Below, piece by piece: positions 17,171 through 26,935 of a DNA stretch of 32,571 nucleotides. A model generated the notes under the pieces. It made no database searches and was not told the origin of the DNA. It saw only the letters and a program-made list of their open reading frames with translations. Source of the DNA: an uncultured Clostridia bacterium (lineage in GTDB: Bacteria > Bacillota > Clostridia > Christensenellales > CASEPJ01); NCBI GenBank assembly GCA_949289715.1, contig CASEPJ010000155.1, positions 1-32,571 on the forward strand, read 5' to 3'. The position numbers and the translations under genes were made by a program. Positions within the stretch are counted from its first letter, which is position 1; the number at the start of each line of letters is the position of its first letter.

Positions 17171-17176
17171 TATGAG

Positions 17177-17211
17177 AAAAACGCTCTGTCCTTAAAAGAC
17201 AGGCGTTTTTT
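17177..17211 (+). terminator. riboswitch expression-platform terminator
   Basis: AAAAACGC(T)CTGTC / loop CTTAAAA / GACAGGCGTTTTTT, with one bulge. T-tract; lies 40 nt before the metK ATG. Confidence 0.8.
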
Positions 17212-17251
17212 AGCGTATTGCCGCAAGAAACGGCGGACAAAGGAGAAAAAA

Positions 17252-18424
17252 ATGAGAAAATTGTTTACATCAGAAAGCGTTACGGAAGGGCATCCCGATA
17301 AAGTGTGCGATATAATATCCGATGCCGTTTTGGATGAATATTTGGCAGCTGATTGCAATGCAAGGGTAGCTTGCGAAACAATGGCCACCACAGACAACGT
17401 GTTTATTATGGGAGAAATAACTTCCGACGCAAAAGTGGATGTGGAAGGGATTGTTAGAAAAACCGTTAAAGAAATAGGGTATGACGGATTCGACCCTAAT
17501 TTTTCCTATGACAAAATTAAAGTCAATGTTTATCTGGATAAGCAGTCCCCCGATATTGCCATGGGAGTGGATAGCTCGTTGGAACACAAAAACGGAGGCG
17601 GCGATTTCGATAGATTAGGTGCGGGCGACCAAGGAATGATGTTTGGGTTTGCCACCGACGAAACGGAAAATTGTATGCCTTCCGCTTTAAATTTTGCACA
17701 CAAATTAACAGAAAAACTGACATTATTTAGAAAATCAAATGAACTTCCCTATTTAAAACCCGACGGCAAAGCTCAAGTTACGGTTATTTATGAAGACGGA
17801 AAAGTCGTAGGAATTGATTCCGTGGTGGTTTCAACTCAGCACGACGAGAATATAGATTTGAACGAGTTGAAAAAAGATATCACAAATAAGGTAATCAAAG
17901 CCGTATTTCCTTCCCGTTTAATAAACGGTAATACTAAAATATATATAAATCCTACGGGTAGGTTTGTGGTTGGCGGTCCTCACGGGGACAGCGGATTGAC
18001 GGGAAGAAAAATTATCGTGGATACATACGGCGGTTTTTGTCCCCACGGCGGCGGAGCTTTTTCCGGCAAAGACCCCACAAAAGTGGATAGGAGCGCTGCT
18101 TATATGGCAAGATATGTTTGTAAAAACGTAGTGGCTGCCGGTCTTGCAAAAAAATGCGAAATTCAGCTTGCGTATGCCATAGGAGTGGCTAAACCGGTTT
18201 CCGTATTTGTCGATACTTTCAATACCGGTGTGTACGACGATGAAAAATTAACTAAAATAATTTGTAAAAATTTTGATTTTCGCCCTATGGCAATTATCGA
18301 AAAATTTTCGTTGAAGCGTCCGATTTATAAAGAAACGGCATCGAACGGCCATTTCGGAAAGTGCAATTTTCCTTGGGAACAAACGGACAGCGTAGGCAAG
18401 CTTAAAAAATATTTAAAAGATTGA
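17252..18424 (+). CDS. metK: methionine adenosyltransferase (SAM synthetase)
   Basis: 390 aa. [45 protein letters not shown]. Confidence 0.95.
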   Translation: MRKLFTSESVTEGHPDKVCDIISDAVLDEYLAADCNARVACETMATTDNVFIMGEITSDAKVDVEGIVRKTVKEIGYDGFDPNFSYDKIKVNVYLDKQSPDIAMGVDSSLEHKNGGGDFDRLGAGDQGMMFGFATDETENCMPSALNFAHKLTEKLTLFRKSNELPYLKPDGKAQVTVIYEDGKVVGIDSVVVSTQHDENIDLNELKKDITNKVIKAVFPSRLINGNTKIYINPTGRFVVGGPHGDSGLTGRKIIVDTYGGFCPHGGGAFSGKDPTKVDRSAAYMARYVCKNVVAAGLAKKCEIQLAYAIGVAKPVSVFVDTFNTGVYDDEKLTKIICKNFDFRPMAIIEKFSLKRPIYKETASNGHFGKCNFPWEQTDSVGKLKKYLKD

Positions 18425-18433
18425 AATTAGCTG

Positions 18434-18465
18434 AAATTTAAATTTTCGCAAAATTTAAGTTTTTT
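18434..18465 (+). terminator. weak AT-rich hairpin plus T run after metK (possible terminator)
   Basis: AAATTTAAATTTT / loop CGC / AAAATTTAAGTTT (12 of 13 paired, all A-T), then TTT. Confidence 0.3.
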
Positions 18466-18637
18466 AAAAATTGTTTTATACGTTCTCGTAACGTCTAAAA
18501 TCGAATTTATATTTAGCGTGGATAAATAAATCGAAAAAATATTCGTCATTTGAATTATTAAATTATAAATCATAATAAAATTGCAACAAATTGCCTTTTA
18601 AAATTAAAAGTATAAAATACAGGAGATTTAAATTTTA

Positions 18638-20857
18638 ATGACTATAAAAGGTACGGTGGAAAATTTAATATTTTGTAACGAAGAAAACGGCTATACCGTG
18701 GCAGAATTGGATTGCAACGGTAAACTTGTTGTTGCCGTAGGTATTATGCCTTATATAGCCGAAGGTGAAATGTTGGAATTGACGGGAGATTTTAAGTATA
18801 ACGAACGTTTTTCTACCGAACAGTTTGTGTCAACCGATGTAAAAATAGGCACGCCCGAAGAACTTTACGATATAGCCCGTTTTTTAGGGAGCGGACTTAT
18901 AAAAGGAATAGGTGAAGTTACGGCTCAAAACATAGTAAATATGTTCGGCAAAAACACGCTTGAAATCATCGAGAAAAATCCCCTTCAGCTTGCTTATGTA
19001 AAAGGCGTTTCGGAAAAAAAGGCAATGGAAATTTCCGAGCAATACGTCAATTTGAGAAAAATGCAGGAATCCATAATGTTTTTGCAAAAATTGGGGCTTT
19101 CCGTTAATATGGCTGTAAAAATTTATCAGTATTATGCGGAAGACATAAGAGAGCTTATCACAAAAAATCCATATATTTTGGTTGAAGATATAGAAGGAAT
19201 AGGATTTAAAACGGCGGATCGTTTGGCAAAGAACCTCGGGGTGGAAATAAACAGCGAATTTCGTTTGAGAGCGGGAGTTTTTTATACCTTAAAGGAAAAT
19301 TCATTAAAAAACGGCAATGTTTATCTGCCGTATAATTTATTTGTCGATTCAATAAAAAATCTTTTGGAGCTTTCAAGCGAGGATTTGTCTAAAATAGACG
19401 AAGTTACCGGCAAACTTGCCGCAGAGCGCAGAATTTTTTTATACGAACAGGATAAGGAATATATAATAGCACTTTCCGAGTATTATTATATGGAAAAAAA
19501 ACTTGCGGGTAATTTATTGCGCTTGAAAAATGCCTTTTCTCCCATTGCGGCGGATATAGATTTTGATATAAAAGAATTCGAAAATTTAAACTCTATTAAA
19601 CTGCACGATACTCAAAAAGAAGCGGTTAAAGCCGCAATAGAAAGAGGAGTTGTGGTTATAACGGGCGGACCGGGTACCGGTAAAACTACAATAATTAAAT
19701 GTATTCTCCATATATTGCGGAAAATAGGAGCAAAGGTGTTTTTATGCGCCCCTACAGGGAGGGCTGCCAAACGTATGAGTGAGGCGACCGATTACGAAGC
19801 AAAAACCATCCACAGGCTTTTAGACCTCGATTTCACTAAAGGAAAGGGATTTTTTTCTTATAACGAAGATACGAGATTGAATTGCGATGCCGTAATTGTG
19901 GACGAAGTTTCGATGGTGGATTCCTTTTTAATGAAATCGCTGACCAATGCCGTTAGGAGCGGAGCAAGGCTTATTCTTACGGGGGATAAAGATCAACTTC
20001 CTTCGGTAGGGGCAGGCAATGTTTTAGCCGATATAATAGAGAGCGGTATTTTCAGCGTTGTTCATTTGACGGAAGTTTACAGGCAGGCGGCAAAGAGTTT
20101 AATAGTTATCAATGCTCATAGAATCAATAAAGGCGAAATGCCCGTTTTAAATGTTAAAGATAACGATTTCTTTTTCGATGCCAAAAGCGAACCTTCCTTA
20201 GTTTTGGACACGATTATCGATATGGTTTGTATAAGGGTGCCGAAATATCTCAAAATAACGCCCGAAAAAATTCAGGTTCTGGCGCCTATGAAAAAAGGAA
20301 TGCTCGGGGTAAACAATTTAAACGCAAAATTACAGGAATTATTAAACCCTTTTGTTTACGGCAAACCGGAAATTATAATTAACGACAGAATTTTCAGACT
20401 GGGCGACAAAGTTATGCAAATCACCAATAATTATCAGGCAGAATGGGTTAGAAACGACGAAAGAGGTCGGGGTGTTTTTAACGGAGATATAGGAAAAATT
20501 ACGGCTATAGATAAGCATACGCTGCGAATTACCGTTACTTTCGAAGACGAAAAAGTCTGCGTTTTTTCCTCGGCGGATACCGACGACTTGGTTTTGGCAT
20601 ATGCTATTTCCATACATAAAAGTCAGGGGTGCGAATTCGATGCGGTTATAATGCCGATAACTTCCGGCAATTATATGTTACATACTAGAAATCTTTTATA
20701 CACTGCGGTAACTCGTGCAAAAAAAATGGTCGTTTTAATAGGAAGCAAAGAAAACGTAAAAAAAATGGTGGAAAACGACTATACCGCAAAAAGATATACC
20801 TTGCTGAAATTTTTTTTAAAGGAGTATAACGAGAACGACGTTATGAATATTTTTTAA
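18638..20857 (+). CDS. recD2: SF1B ATP-dependent RecD-like DNA helicase (RecD2)
   Basis: 739 aa. Walker A GGPGTGKTT, Walker B DEVSMVD, also GDKDQLPSVG, SIHKSQGCEF and YTAVTRAKK. Confidence 0.9.
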   Translation: MTIKGTVENLIFCNEENGYTVAELDCNGKLVVAVGIMPYIAEGEMLELTGDFKYNERFSTEQFVSTDVKIGTPEELYDIARFLGSGLIKGIGEVTAQNIVNMFGKNTLEIIEKNPLQLAYVKGVSEKKAMEISEQYVNLRKMQESIMFLQKLGLSVNMAVKIYQYYAEDIRELITKNPYILVEDIEGIGFKTADRLAKNLGVEINSEFRLRAGVFYTLKENSLKNGNVYLPYNLFVDSIKNLLELSSEDLSKIDEVTGKLAAERRIFLYEQDKEYIIALSEYYYMEKKLAGNLLRLKNAFSPIAADIDFDIKEFENLNSIKLHDTQKEAVKAAIERGVVVITGGPGTGKTTIIKCILHILRKIGAKVFLCAPTGRAAKRMSEATDYEAKTIHRLLDLDFTKGKGFFSYNEDTRLNCDAVIVDEVSMVDSFLMKSLTNAVRSGARLILTGDKDQLPSVGAGNVLADIIESGIFSVVHLTEVYRQAAKSLIVINAHRINKGEMPVLNVKDNDFFFDAKSEPSLVLDTIIDMVCIRVPKYLKITPEKIQVLAPMKKGMLGVNNLNAKLQELLNPFVYGKPEIIINDRIFRLGDKVMQITNNYQAEWVRNDERGRGVFNGDIGKITAIDKHTLRITVTFEDEKVCVFSSADTDDLVLAYAISIHKSQGCEFDAVIMPITSGNYMLHTRNLLYTAVTRAKKMVVLIGSKENVKKMVENDYTAKRYTLLKFFLKEYNENDVMNIF

Positions 20858-21615
20858 TGATAAAAAAGATTTTAAATTCCTTTCTCGATTCTCTTTATGT
20901 TAAAGGTATAAAATGTGCTGCCTGCGGCAGAGAATTGACAAATAGAGACAGTGTATTTTGCGATTTATGCAAAAGGCAAATTAAATTTATCGAAAATTTT
21001 TGTGAGGTCTGTGGAACACCTATAGACAGTGGATTTTACTGTTTTAACTGTAAAAATCATATACGGTTTTTCGATAAGAACCGTGCAGCAGTCGAATATT
21101 ACGGAACAATCAAAAATTTAATATTAAAATATAAATTCAATAACGAACAGTATCTTTGCGATCCTCTAGCAAAATTACTTCTTAAAGCATACGATTTGTT
21201 AGACGAAAAAGCGGATTTTATAGTTCCCGTACCGAGTGTAGAAAAAAGAATAAAACAGAGGGGATTTGACCATACCTTAAAACTTGCGAAAAGTTTTTCA
21301 AACTTAACAAGTATCAAAATGGACAATAAAATTTTAAAACGTGTTTCGGAAATTAAACCGCAGATAGAAAGTCACAGAGCAGAAAGAATTAAAAATATAA
21401 AACAGGTTTTCAAAGCGGAGAAGATAAACGGACAAAACATTATTTTGATAGACGACGTTATAACGACAGGTGCCACTTTAAACGAATGTGCCAAAGCATT
21501 AAAGGATGGCGGAGCAAATAAAGTTTATGCCGTTACCGTGGCGGCAACTAAATATAAAATCGTATTCGAAACTTCCTCCGAAATGAGCGAAGCTGCAAAT
21601 ATTTTTGCAGATTAA
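20857..21615 (+). CDS. comFC: ComF family protein (ComFC-type phosphoribosyltransferase with N-terminal Cys4 zinc fingers)
   Basis: 252 aa. Four CxxC pairs in the first 65 aa. PRTase motif IILIDDVITTGATL. The ATG overlaps the recD2 TAA by 1 nt. Confidence 0.85.
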   Translation: MIKKILNSFLDSLYVKGIKCAACGRELTNRDSVFCDLCKRQIKFIENFCEVCGTPIDSGFYCFNCKNHIRFFDKNRAAVEYYGTIKNLILKYKFNNEQYLCDPLAKLLLKAYDLLDEKADFIVPVPSVEKRIKQRGFDHTLKLAKSFSNLTSIKMDNKILKRVSEIKPQIESHRAERIKNIKQVFKAEKINGQNIILIDDVITTGATLNECAKALKDGGANKVYAVTVAATKYKIVFETSSEMSEAANIFAD

Positions 21616-21667
21616 TGTGTTTTTTTTATTATGGTGAATAATATTAATAGATTTATTTTCTAAAAAA

Positions 21668-21676
21668 TGTTATAAT
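21668..21676 (+). promoter_or_regulatory. candidate extended -10 promoter element TGTTATAAT upstream of secA
   Basis: Read directly. No good -35. About 115 nt upstream of the secA ATG. Confidence 0.3.
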
Positions 21677-21791
21677 ATTTTGTATACATTAAAAAGGTAT
21701 TAAATTATAAATAAAAAAATAAAAAAATTGAAATAACAAAACGCAAAAATATAACTTAAAACATTAACGTGTTGTCGATAAGGAGATAATT

Positions 21792-24470
21792 ATGAGTTTA
21801 TTTTCATGGATAGCCGAAGGCCCTAACAGAAGAAACGTTAAAGGATTGTCTAAAATACTTGATAAAGTTAACGCATTGGAAGAAAAATATAAATCATATA
21901 CCGACGAAGAATTAAAAGCCTGCACACAAGATTTTAAAAATCGATTTAAAGAAGGCGAAACGTTGGACGATTTGCTTCCCGAGGCATATGCCGTTGTAAG
22001 AGAGGCTGCGGACAGGGTTTTGAAAATGCGTCATTTCAATGTTCAGGTTATGGGCGGTATTGCACTGCATCAAGGCAGAATAGCCGAAATGAGAACGGGT
22101 GAAGGTAAAACCCTCGTTTCGACTTTGCCCGCATACTTAAACGCTCTTTCCGGCAACGGTGTTCATATAGTAACGGTAAACGAATATTTGGCACAAAGAG
22201 ATGCCGCTTGGATGGGTAAAATACACAGATTTTTAGGCCTTACCGTAGGTGTTGTAATAAGCGATATGACCTTTGAAGAAAAGAAAGCCGCTTATGCTTG
22301 CGACATAGTATATGCAACAAACAGCGAACTGGGTTTCGATTACTTAAGAGACAATATGGTCGTTAAACTGGAAAATAAAGTTCAAAGAAAACTAAATTTT
22401 GCCATTATCGACGAGGTCGATAGTATATTGATAGACGAAGCGAGAACTCCTCTTATTATATCGGGTAGGGGAGGAGAATCGAGCGATATGTATATTAAAG
22501 CCAATAAATTCGTAAAATCTTTAAAAGAAGAAGATTACGAGATTAACGAAGAAAAAAGAACGGTGGTTTTAACGGACAGCGGTGCCGAAAAAGCGGCAAG
22601 AGAGTTTAATATCGACGATTTGGACAATTATGAAAATGCCGACATAAATCACCATATTTTACAGGCTTTAAAAGCTCACCATTTATTTAAAAAAGACAGT
22701 AATTACGTTGTAATGGACGGGGAAGTCATTATAGTAGACGAATTTACCGGCCGTTATATGATAGGAAGAAGATATTCCGACGGTTTGCACCAGGCAATCG
22801 AAGCAAAGGAGAACGTTAAAATCAACAGCGAAAATCAAACGATTGCAACTATAACTTTGCAAAATTATTTCCGCCTTTATAAAAAGATATCGGGTATGAC
22901 GGGTACAGCAAAAACGGAAGAAGGAGAATTTCAGACCATTTATAATTTGGACGTTGTTACCATTCCTACCAATTTGCCTATGATTAGAGTAGACGAGGAC
23001 GATAAAATTTATACCACAATGGCAGGTAAACTGAGGAACGTGGTTAAGGAAATAAAATCTTGTTATGAAAAAGGGCAGCCCGTTTTGGTTGGTACTATTA
23101 CGGTTGAAAAGAGTGAAGAACTTTCCAAATTGTTGGAAAACGAAAAAATCCCTCATAATGTTTTAAATGCAAAAAATCATGCAAGAGAAGCGGAAATTGT
23201 AGCCCAGGCGGGTAAGAAAGGAACAGTTACAGTTGCAACCAACATGGCGGGTCGTGGTACCGATATTTTGCTCGGCGGCAATGCTGAATTTATGGCTAAA
23301 CAAAAAATGTTGGAACTTAACTATTCGCCGGAAGTGGTAGAAGCATGTACTTCCTTTCAACATACCGACGACCCCGATATTCTCGCCGCTAAAGAAAAAT
23401 ACGGCGAACTTTATGCAAAATATAAAGAAAAAACCGAAAAAGACAAGAAGGAAGTTATAGCACTCGGCGGACTTAGAATTATAGGTACCGAAAGGCATGA
23501 ATCGAGAAGAATAGACAACCAGTTAAGAGGTCGTGCCGGACGTCAGGGAGATCCTGGTTCTTCAATATTTTATATTTCTATGGAAGACGACGTTTTAAGA
23601 ATATTCGGTAGTGACAGAATGAAGGCTCTTGCTCAATTTTTTAAAGTGGATGAAGATACGCCAATATCCGCAAAGGCCATGACTAGACAGATTGAATACG
23701 CCCAAAAGAGAATTGAAAATCATAACTTTATTATTCGTAAACACGTTTTGGAATACGACGACGTAAACAATAAACAGCGTGAAGTAATATATTCGGAAAG
23801 AAATAAAATTTTAAACAACGAAACGGTACACGACGAAATTATAGATTTAATTCCGGGATACGTTCATAATGTAATAGAACAGGCGATCGACCCCGATGTT
23901 TCATTCGAAAAACAGAGTATCGATAGTCTGAACGAACAAATCCAAAAAAATCTTATGCCGACAGTTTCGGACTTTGTTACTCAGAAAAAACTGGATAATT
24001 GGGATAAAGAATATTTTATAAACAAATTAATAGACAAAACAGTTGAAATTTATGAAGAAAAAATTGCTGAACATAAAACCAGAGGAATAGATTTTTACGA
24101 ACACGAAAAAGTTACCTTTTTAAAAGCAATAGATATAAATTGGATACAGCATCTCGACAATATGGATGCTTTGAGAGAAGGTGTTTCTCTAAGAGGTATC
24201 GGTCAGCAGGACCCTGTCGTAGTTTATAAAAGGGAAGCATACGATATGTTCGAAGAAATGGTGCAAAACATTCAGGAAACGGTTGTTAGACATCTTTTGG
24301 CTGTACGTTTGGAAGTAAGAGAAGAAAGACAGCAAGTGGCTAAAGAAGCCGGAACAAACGAAAAACACAGTACCATAAGAAAAGTAAAAGTGGGCAGAAA
24401 CGACCCCTGTCCCTGCGGCAGCGGCAAAAAATATAAACAGTGCTGCGGAAGGAATAAAAACGCAATTTAA
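21792..24470 (+). CDS. secA: preprotein translocase ATPase SecA
   Basis: 892 aa. MRTGEGKTL, DEVDSILIDEARTPLIISG, TNMAGRGTDI. C-terminal zinc motif CPCGSGKKYKQCCG. Confidence 0.95.
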   Translation: MSLFSWIAEGPNRRNVKGLSKILDKVNALEEKYKSYTDEELKACTQDFKNRFKEGETLDDLLPEAYAVVREAADRVLKMRHFNVQVMGGIALHQGRIAEMRTGEGKTLVSTLPAYLNALSGNGVHIVTVNEYLAQRDAAWMGKIHRFLGLTVGVVISDMTFEEKKAAYACDIVYATNSELGFDYLRDNMVVKLENKVQRKLNFAIIDEVDSILIDEARTPLIISGRGGESSDMYIKANKFVKSLKEEDYEINEEKRTVVLTDSGAEKAAREFNIDDLDNYENADINHHILQALKAHHLFKKDSNYVVMDGEVIIVDEFTGRYMIGRRYSDGLHQAIEAKENVKINSENQTIATITLQNYFRLYKKISGMTGTAKTEEGEFQTIYNLDVVTIPTNLPMIRVDEDDKIYTTMAGKLRNVVKEIKSCYEKGQPVLVGTITVEKSEELSKLLENEKIPHNVLNAKNHAREAEIVAQAGKKGTVTVATNMAGRGTDILLGGNAEFMAKQKMLELNYSPEVVEACTSFQHTDDPDILAAKEKYGELYAKYKEKTEKDKKEVIALGGLRIIGTERHESRRIDNQLRGRAGRQGDPGSSIFYISMEDDVLRIFGSDRMKALAQFFKVDEDTPISAKAMTRQIEYAQKRIENHNFIIRKHVLEYDDVNNKQREVIYSERNKILNNETVHDEIIDLIPGYVHNVIEQAIDPDVSFEKQSIDSLNEQIQKNLMPTVSDFVTQKKLDNWDKEYFINKLIDKTVEIYEEKIAEHKTRGIDFYEHEKVTFLKAIDINWIQHLDNMDALREGVSLRGIGQQDPVVVYKREAYDMFEEMVQNIQETVVRHLLAVRLEVREERQQVAKEAGTNEKHSTIRKVKVGRNDPCPCGSGKKYKQCCGRNKNAI

Positions 24471-24806
24471 TTCCTTTAAATTATCTGCCGTTTAGCTTTT
24501 AAATTTATAAAATAAAAAAATAATTATTATTCGATTTATGCCGATATAAAAAATACATTGTCGATATAATTAATTTTTAAAAATTACTAAAAGTTTATTA
24601 TTCATTAAATGATTGAACATTAAATAATACAGACTTTAAAGGACTTTAAAACTAAGGATTATAAAAAACAAAAACAATATTATTATTCAATATCGTCATA
24701 ATTCGATACTTTCATTTATCTAATTAAATAAAACTGCGTAAAAAAAGACGCAACAATTACCAACAACCGAAAATACGTTTGTTTAAAAGCGTTTAAAGGA
24801 GAATTT

Positions 24807-25905
24807 ATGCTTCAAATTTATGAATACAAGCAAAAAGCTTTAGAGCTTACTAAAATATTAAAAGATATAGGAGACTCTCTTTGACCCGGAAAAATTGGAA
24901 ATAAAAATAAAAGAGCTGGAAAATGTCCAAAACTCGCCGGGATTTTGGGAAGATTTAAAAAAAGCAGGGCAGGTCAATAAAGAATTATCGGGTTTGAAAA
25001 ACAAACTAGACGAATATAATTCCTTAAAAAAATCGGTCGACGATTTAAATGTATTAATAGAATTAGCCGAGGAAGAAAACGAAGAAAGTCTTGCAAACGA
25101 AATAGAAGAAGAATTAAAAAATCTTTCGCAAAAAGCGGAGGATATGAAAATAAAAACTCTTTTAAAAGGTAAATACGACGCTTGTAACGCCATATTGACT
25201 TTACACGCCGGTGCCGGTGGTACCGAAGCACAGGATTGGGTTTCCATGCTTTACCGTATGTATACGATGTATGCTGAAAAAATGGGCTATAAAGTAAAAT
25301 TGATCGATTTGCTGGACGGCGATGAGGCAGGAATAAAAAGCGTTACGTTTATGTTGGAAGGTGATAACGCTTACGGTTATATGAAAGCGGAAAAAGGAGT
25401 GCATCGTTTGGTCAGAATTTCTCCCTTCGATGCAAATTCCAGAAGACACACCTCCTTTGCCTCCTTAGACGTAATGCCCGAAATAGAAAATGATTCGGAA
25501 ATTGAAATTAATCCCGAAGATTTGAAAATCGATACCTATCGTTCTGGCGGAGCGGGAGGTCAGCATGTCAATAAAACCGAATCGGCTGTTAGAATCACAC
25601 ACTTACCTTCGGGCATAATAGTTCAGTGCCAGAATGAAAGAAGTCAGATTCAAAACAGAGAAACGGCAATGAAGATGCTTAGAGGCAAACTCATAGAAAA
25701 GAAAGAAAGGGAACAGTTAGAACAAGCGCAGGATATAAAAGGCGAACTTAAAAAAATAGAATGGGGAAGTCAAATAAGAAGCTATGTGTTTCATCCGTAT
25801 AATTTGGTTAAAGACCATAGAACCGGTTATGAAAATACCGATATCGCTGCGGTAATGAACGGCGACATCCATAATTTTATAACCGAATATTTAAAAAGGA
25901 TTTAG
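24807..25905 (+). CDS. prfB: peptide chain release factor 2, requires programmed +1 frameshift at 24879-24885
   Basis: Frame 0 from the ATG at 24807 gives MLQIYEYKQKALELTKILKDIGDSL and then TGA. The +1 frame continues DPEKLEIKIKELE... to 25905, carrying SPF and GGQ (RSGGAGGQHVNKTES). Joined product is 365 aa. The TTG start in the ORF track at 24895 is an artefact. Confidence 0.93.
24870..24885 (+). promoter_or_regulatory. RF2 autoregulatory +1 frameshift site (internal SD GGAG, slippery CTT TGA C)
   Basis: GGAGACTCT CTT TGA C read directly. Same architecture as the established prfB recoding site. Confidence 0.9.
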
Positions 25906-25910
25906 TTAAA

Positions 25911-26918
25911 ATGATAAAAGGTTGTGTTCTGGGAATAGAATCCAGCTGCGACGAAACATCTGCTGCCGTAGTTTTAAACGGAAGGACGGTTCTTTCCAAT
26001 ATTATTTCCAGCCAAATTGAAATACACAAACGTTTCGGAGGGGTTGTGCCCGAAATAGCCAGCCGAAACCATACGCTTATAATAGAAAACGTGGTGAAAG
26101 AAGCTTTAGACGTTGCTAAAATTACCCTTGAGGACGTGGAGGGAATTGCGGTAACTTACGGTGCAGGTTTGCAAGGAGCTTTACTTGTAGGTTTGACGTT
26201 TGCAAAAGGTTTAAGTTTTGCAACCGGGAAAAAATTTATGGGCGTTAATCATATAATGGGGCATATAGCTGCCAATTATATATCTCATAAAGATTTAAAA
26301 CCGCCTTTTATCTGTTTGGTTGTTAGCGGCGGTCACACGGCAATAGTACACATTAAAAGCTATACTTCTCACGAAGTGTTGGGGTCGACTTTAGACGATG
26401 CGGTAGGCGAGGCTTTCGATAAAGTAGCGAGATGTCTTAACCTGCCTTATCCCGGCGGACCTAATATTGACCGATTGGCTGCAGACGGGAAAAACAATAT
26501 AATTTTTCCCAAAATGCTTAAAAACGACAAAGGTTATAATTTTAGTTACAGCGGTTTAAAAACCGCCGTTATAAATTATTTGCATAATTTAGAACAAAAA
26601 GATGAAAAGCCGGTTATACAGGATGTTTGCGCATCCTTTCAGTCTGCCGCTGTCGACGTTTTGGTTAAAAAGGCAATATTAGCTTGCAAAGAAAAAAATA
26701 TACCGAAACTGGCATGCGCCGGCGGTGTTTCCGCTAATTCTTATTTGAGAAAAAAATTACGGGAAAATTGCTTGGAGGAAGAAATTTCCCTCTATTTGCC
26801 AGAGATGGTGCTTTGTACGGACAATGCGGCTATGATTGCCGCAGAAGGTTATATAAAAATGATAAACGGACAGCTTGACGGAACGGATTTAAATGTCGAA
26901 CCGTCGCTTAGGATATAG
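25911..26918 (+). CDS. tsaD: tRNA N6-adenosine threonylcarbamoyltransferase
   Basis: 335 aa. GIESSCDETSAAV, NHIMGHI, SGGHTA, GGVSANS. Confidence 0.92.
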   Translation: MIKGCVLGIESSCDETSAAVVLNGRTVLSNIISSQIEIHKRFGGVVPEIASRNHTLIIENVVKEALDVAKITLEDVEGIAVTYGAGLQGALLVGLTFAKGLSFATGKKFMGVNHIMGHIAANYISHKDLKPPFICLVVSGGHTAIVHIKSYTSHEVLGSTLDDAVGEAFDKVARCLNLPYPGGPNIDRLAADGKNNIIFPKMLKNDKGYNFSYSGLKTAVINYLHNLEQKDEKPVIQDVCASFQSAAVDVLVKKAILACKEKNIPKLACAGGVSANSYLRKKLRENCLEEEISLYLPEMVLCTDNAAMIAAEGYIKMINGQLDGTDLNVEPSLRI

Positions 26919-26935
26919 CTTTGGGAGAAGGAATT

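Noticed and set aside
18517-18525. DnaA-box-like CGTGGATAA (8/9 of TGTGGATAA) in the metK-recD2 spacer, raising the possibility of an oriC.
   Set aside because: It is a single imperfect box with no cluster and no adjacent dnaA/dnaN. All genes stay co-oriented across it.
24632-24651. Tandem 10-mer GACTTTAAAG GACTTTAAAA.
   Set aside because: There are only two imperfect copies, with no further structure or context. This is probably slippage noise.
24895-25905. ORF-track gene starting with TTG at 24895 as an independent CDS.
   Set aside because: It is the +1 frame portion of prfB. The true start is ATG 24807, with the frameshift at CTT TGA C.
26921-26935. TTG start at 26921 for the GT2 gene.
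   Set aside because: The ATG at 26936 sits 4-5 nt after GGGAGAAGGA. The TTG would lie 3 nt after the tsaD stop with no RBS.
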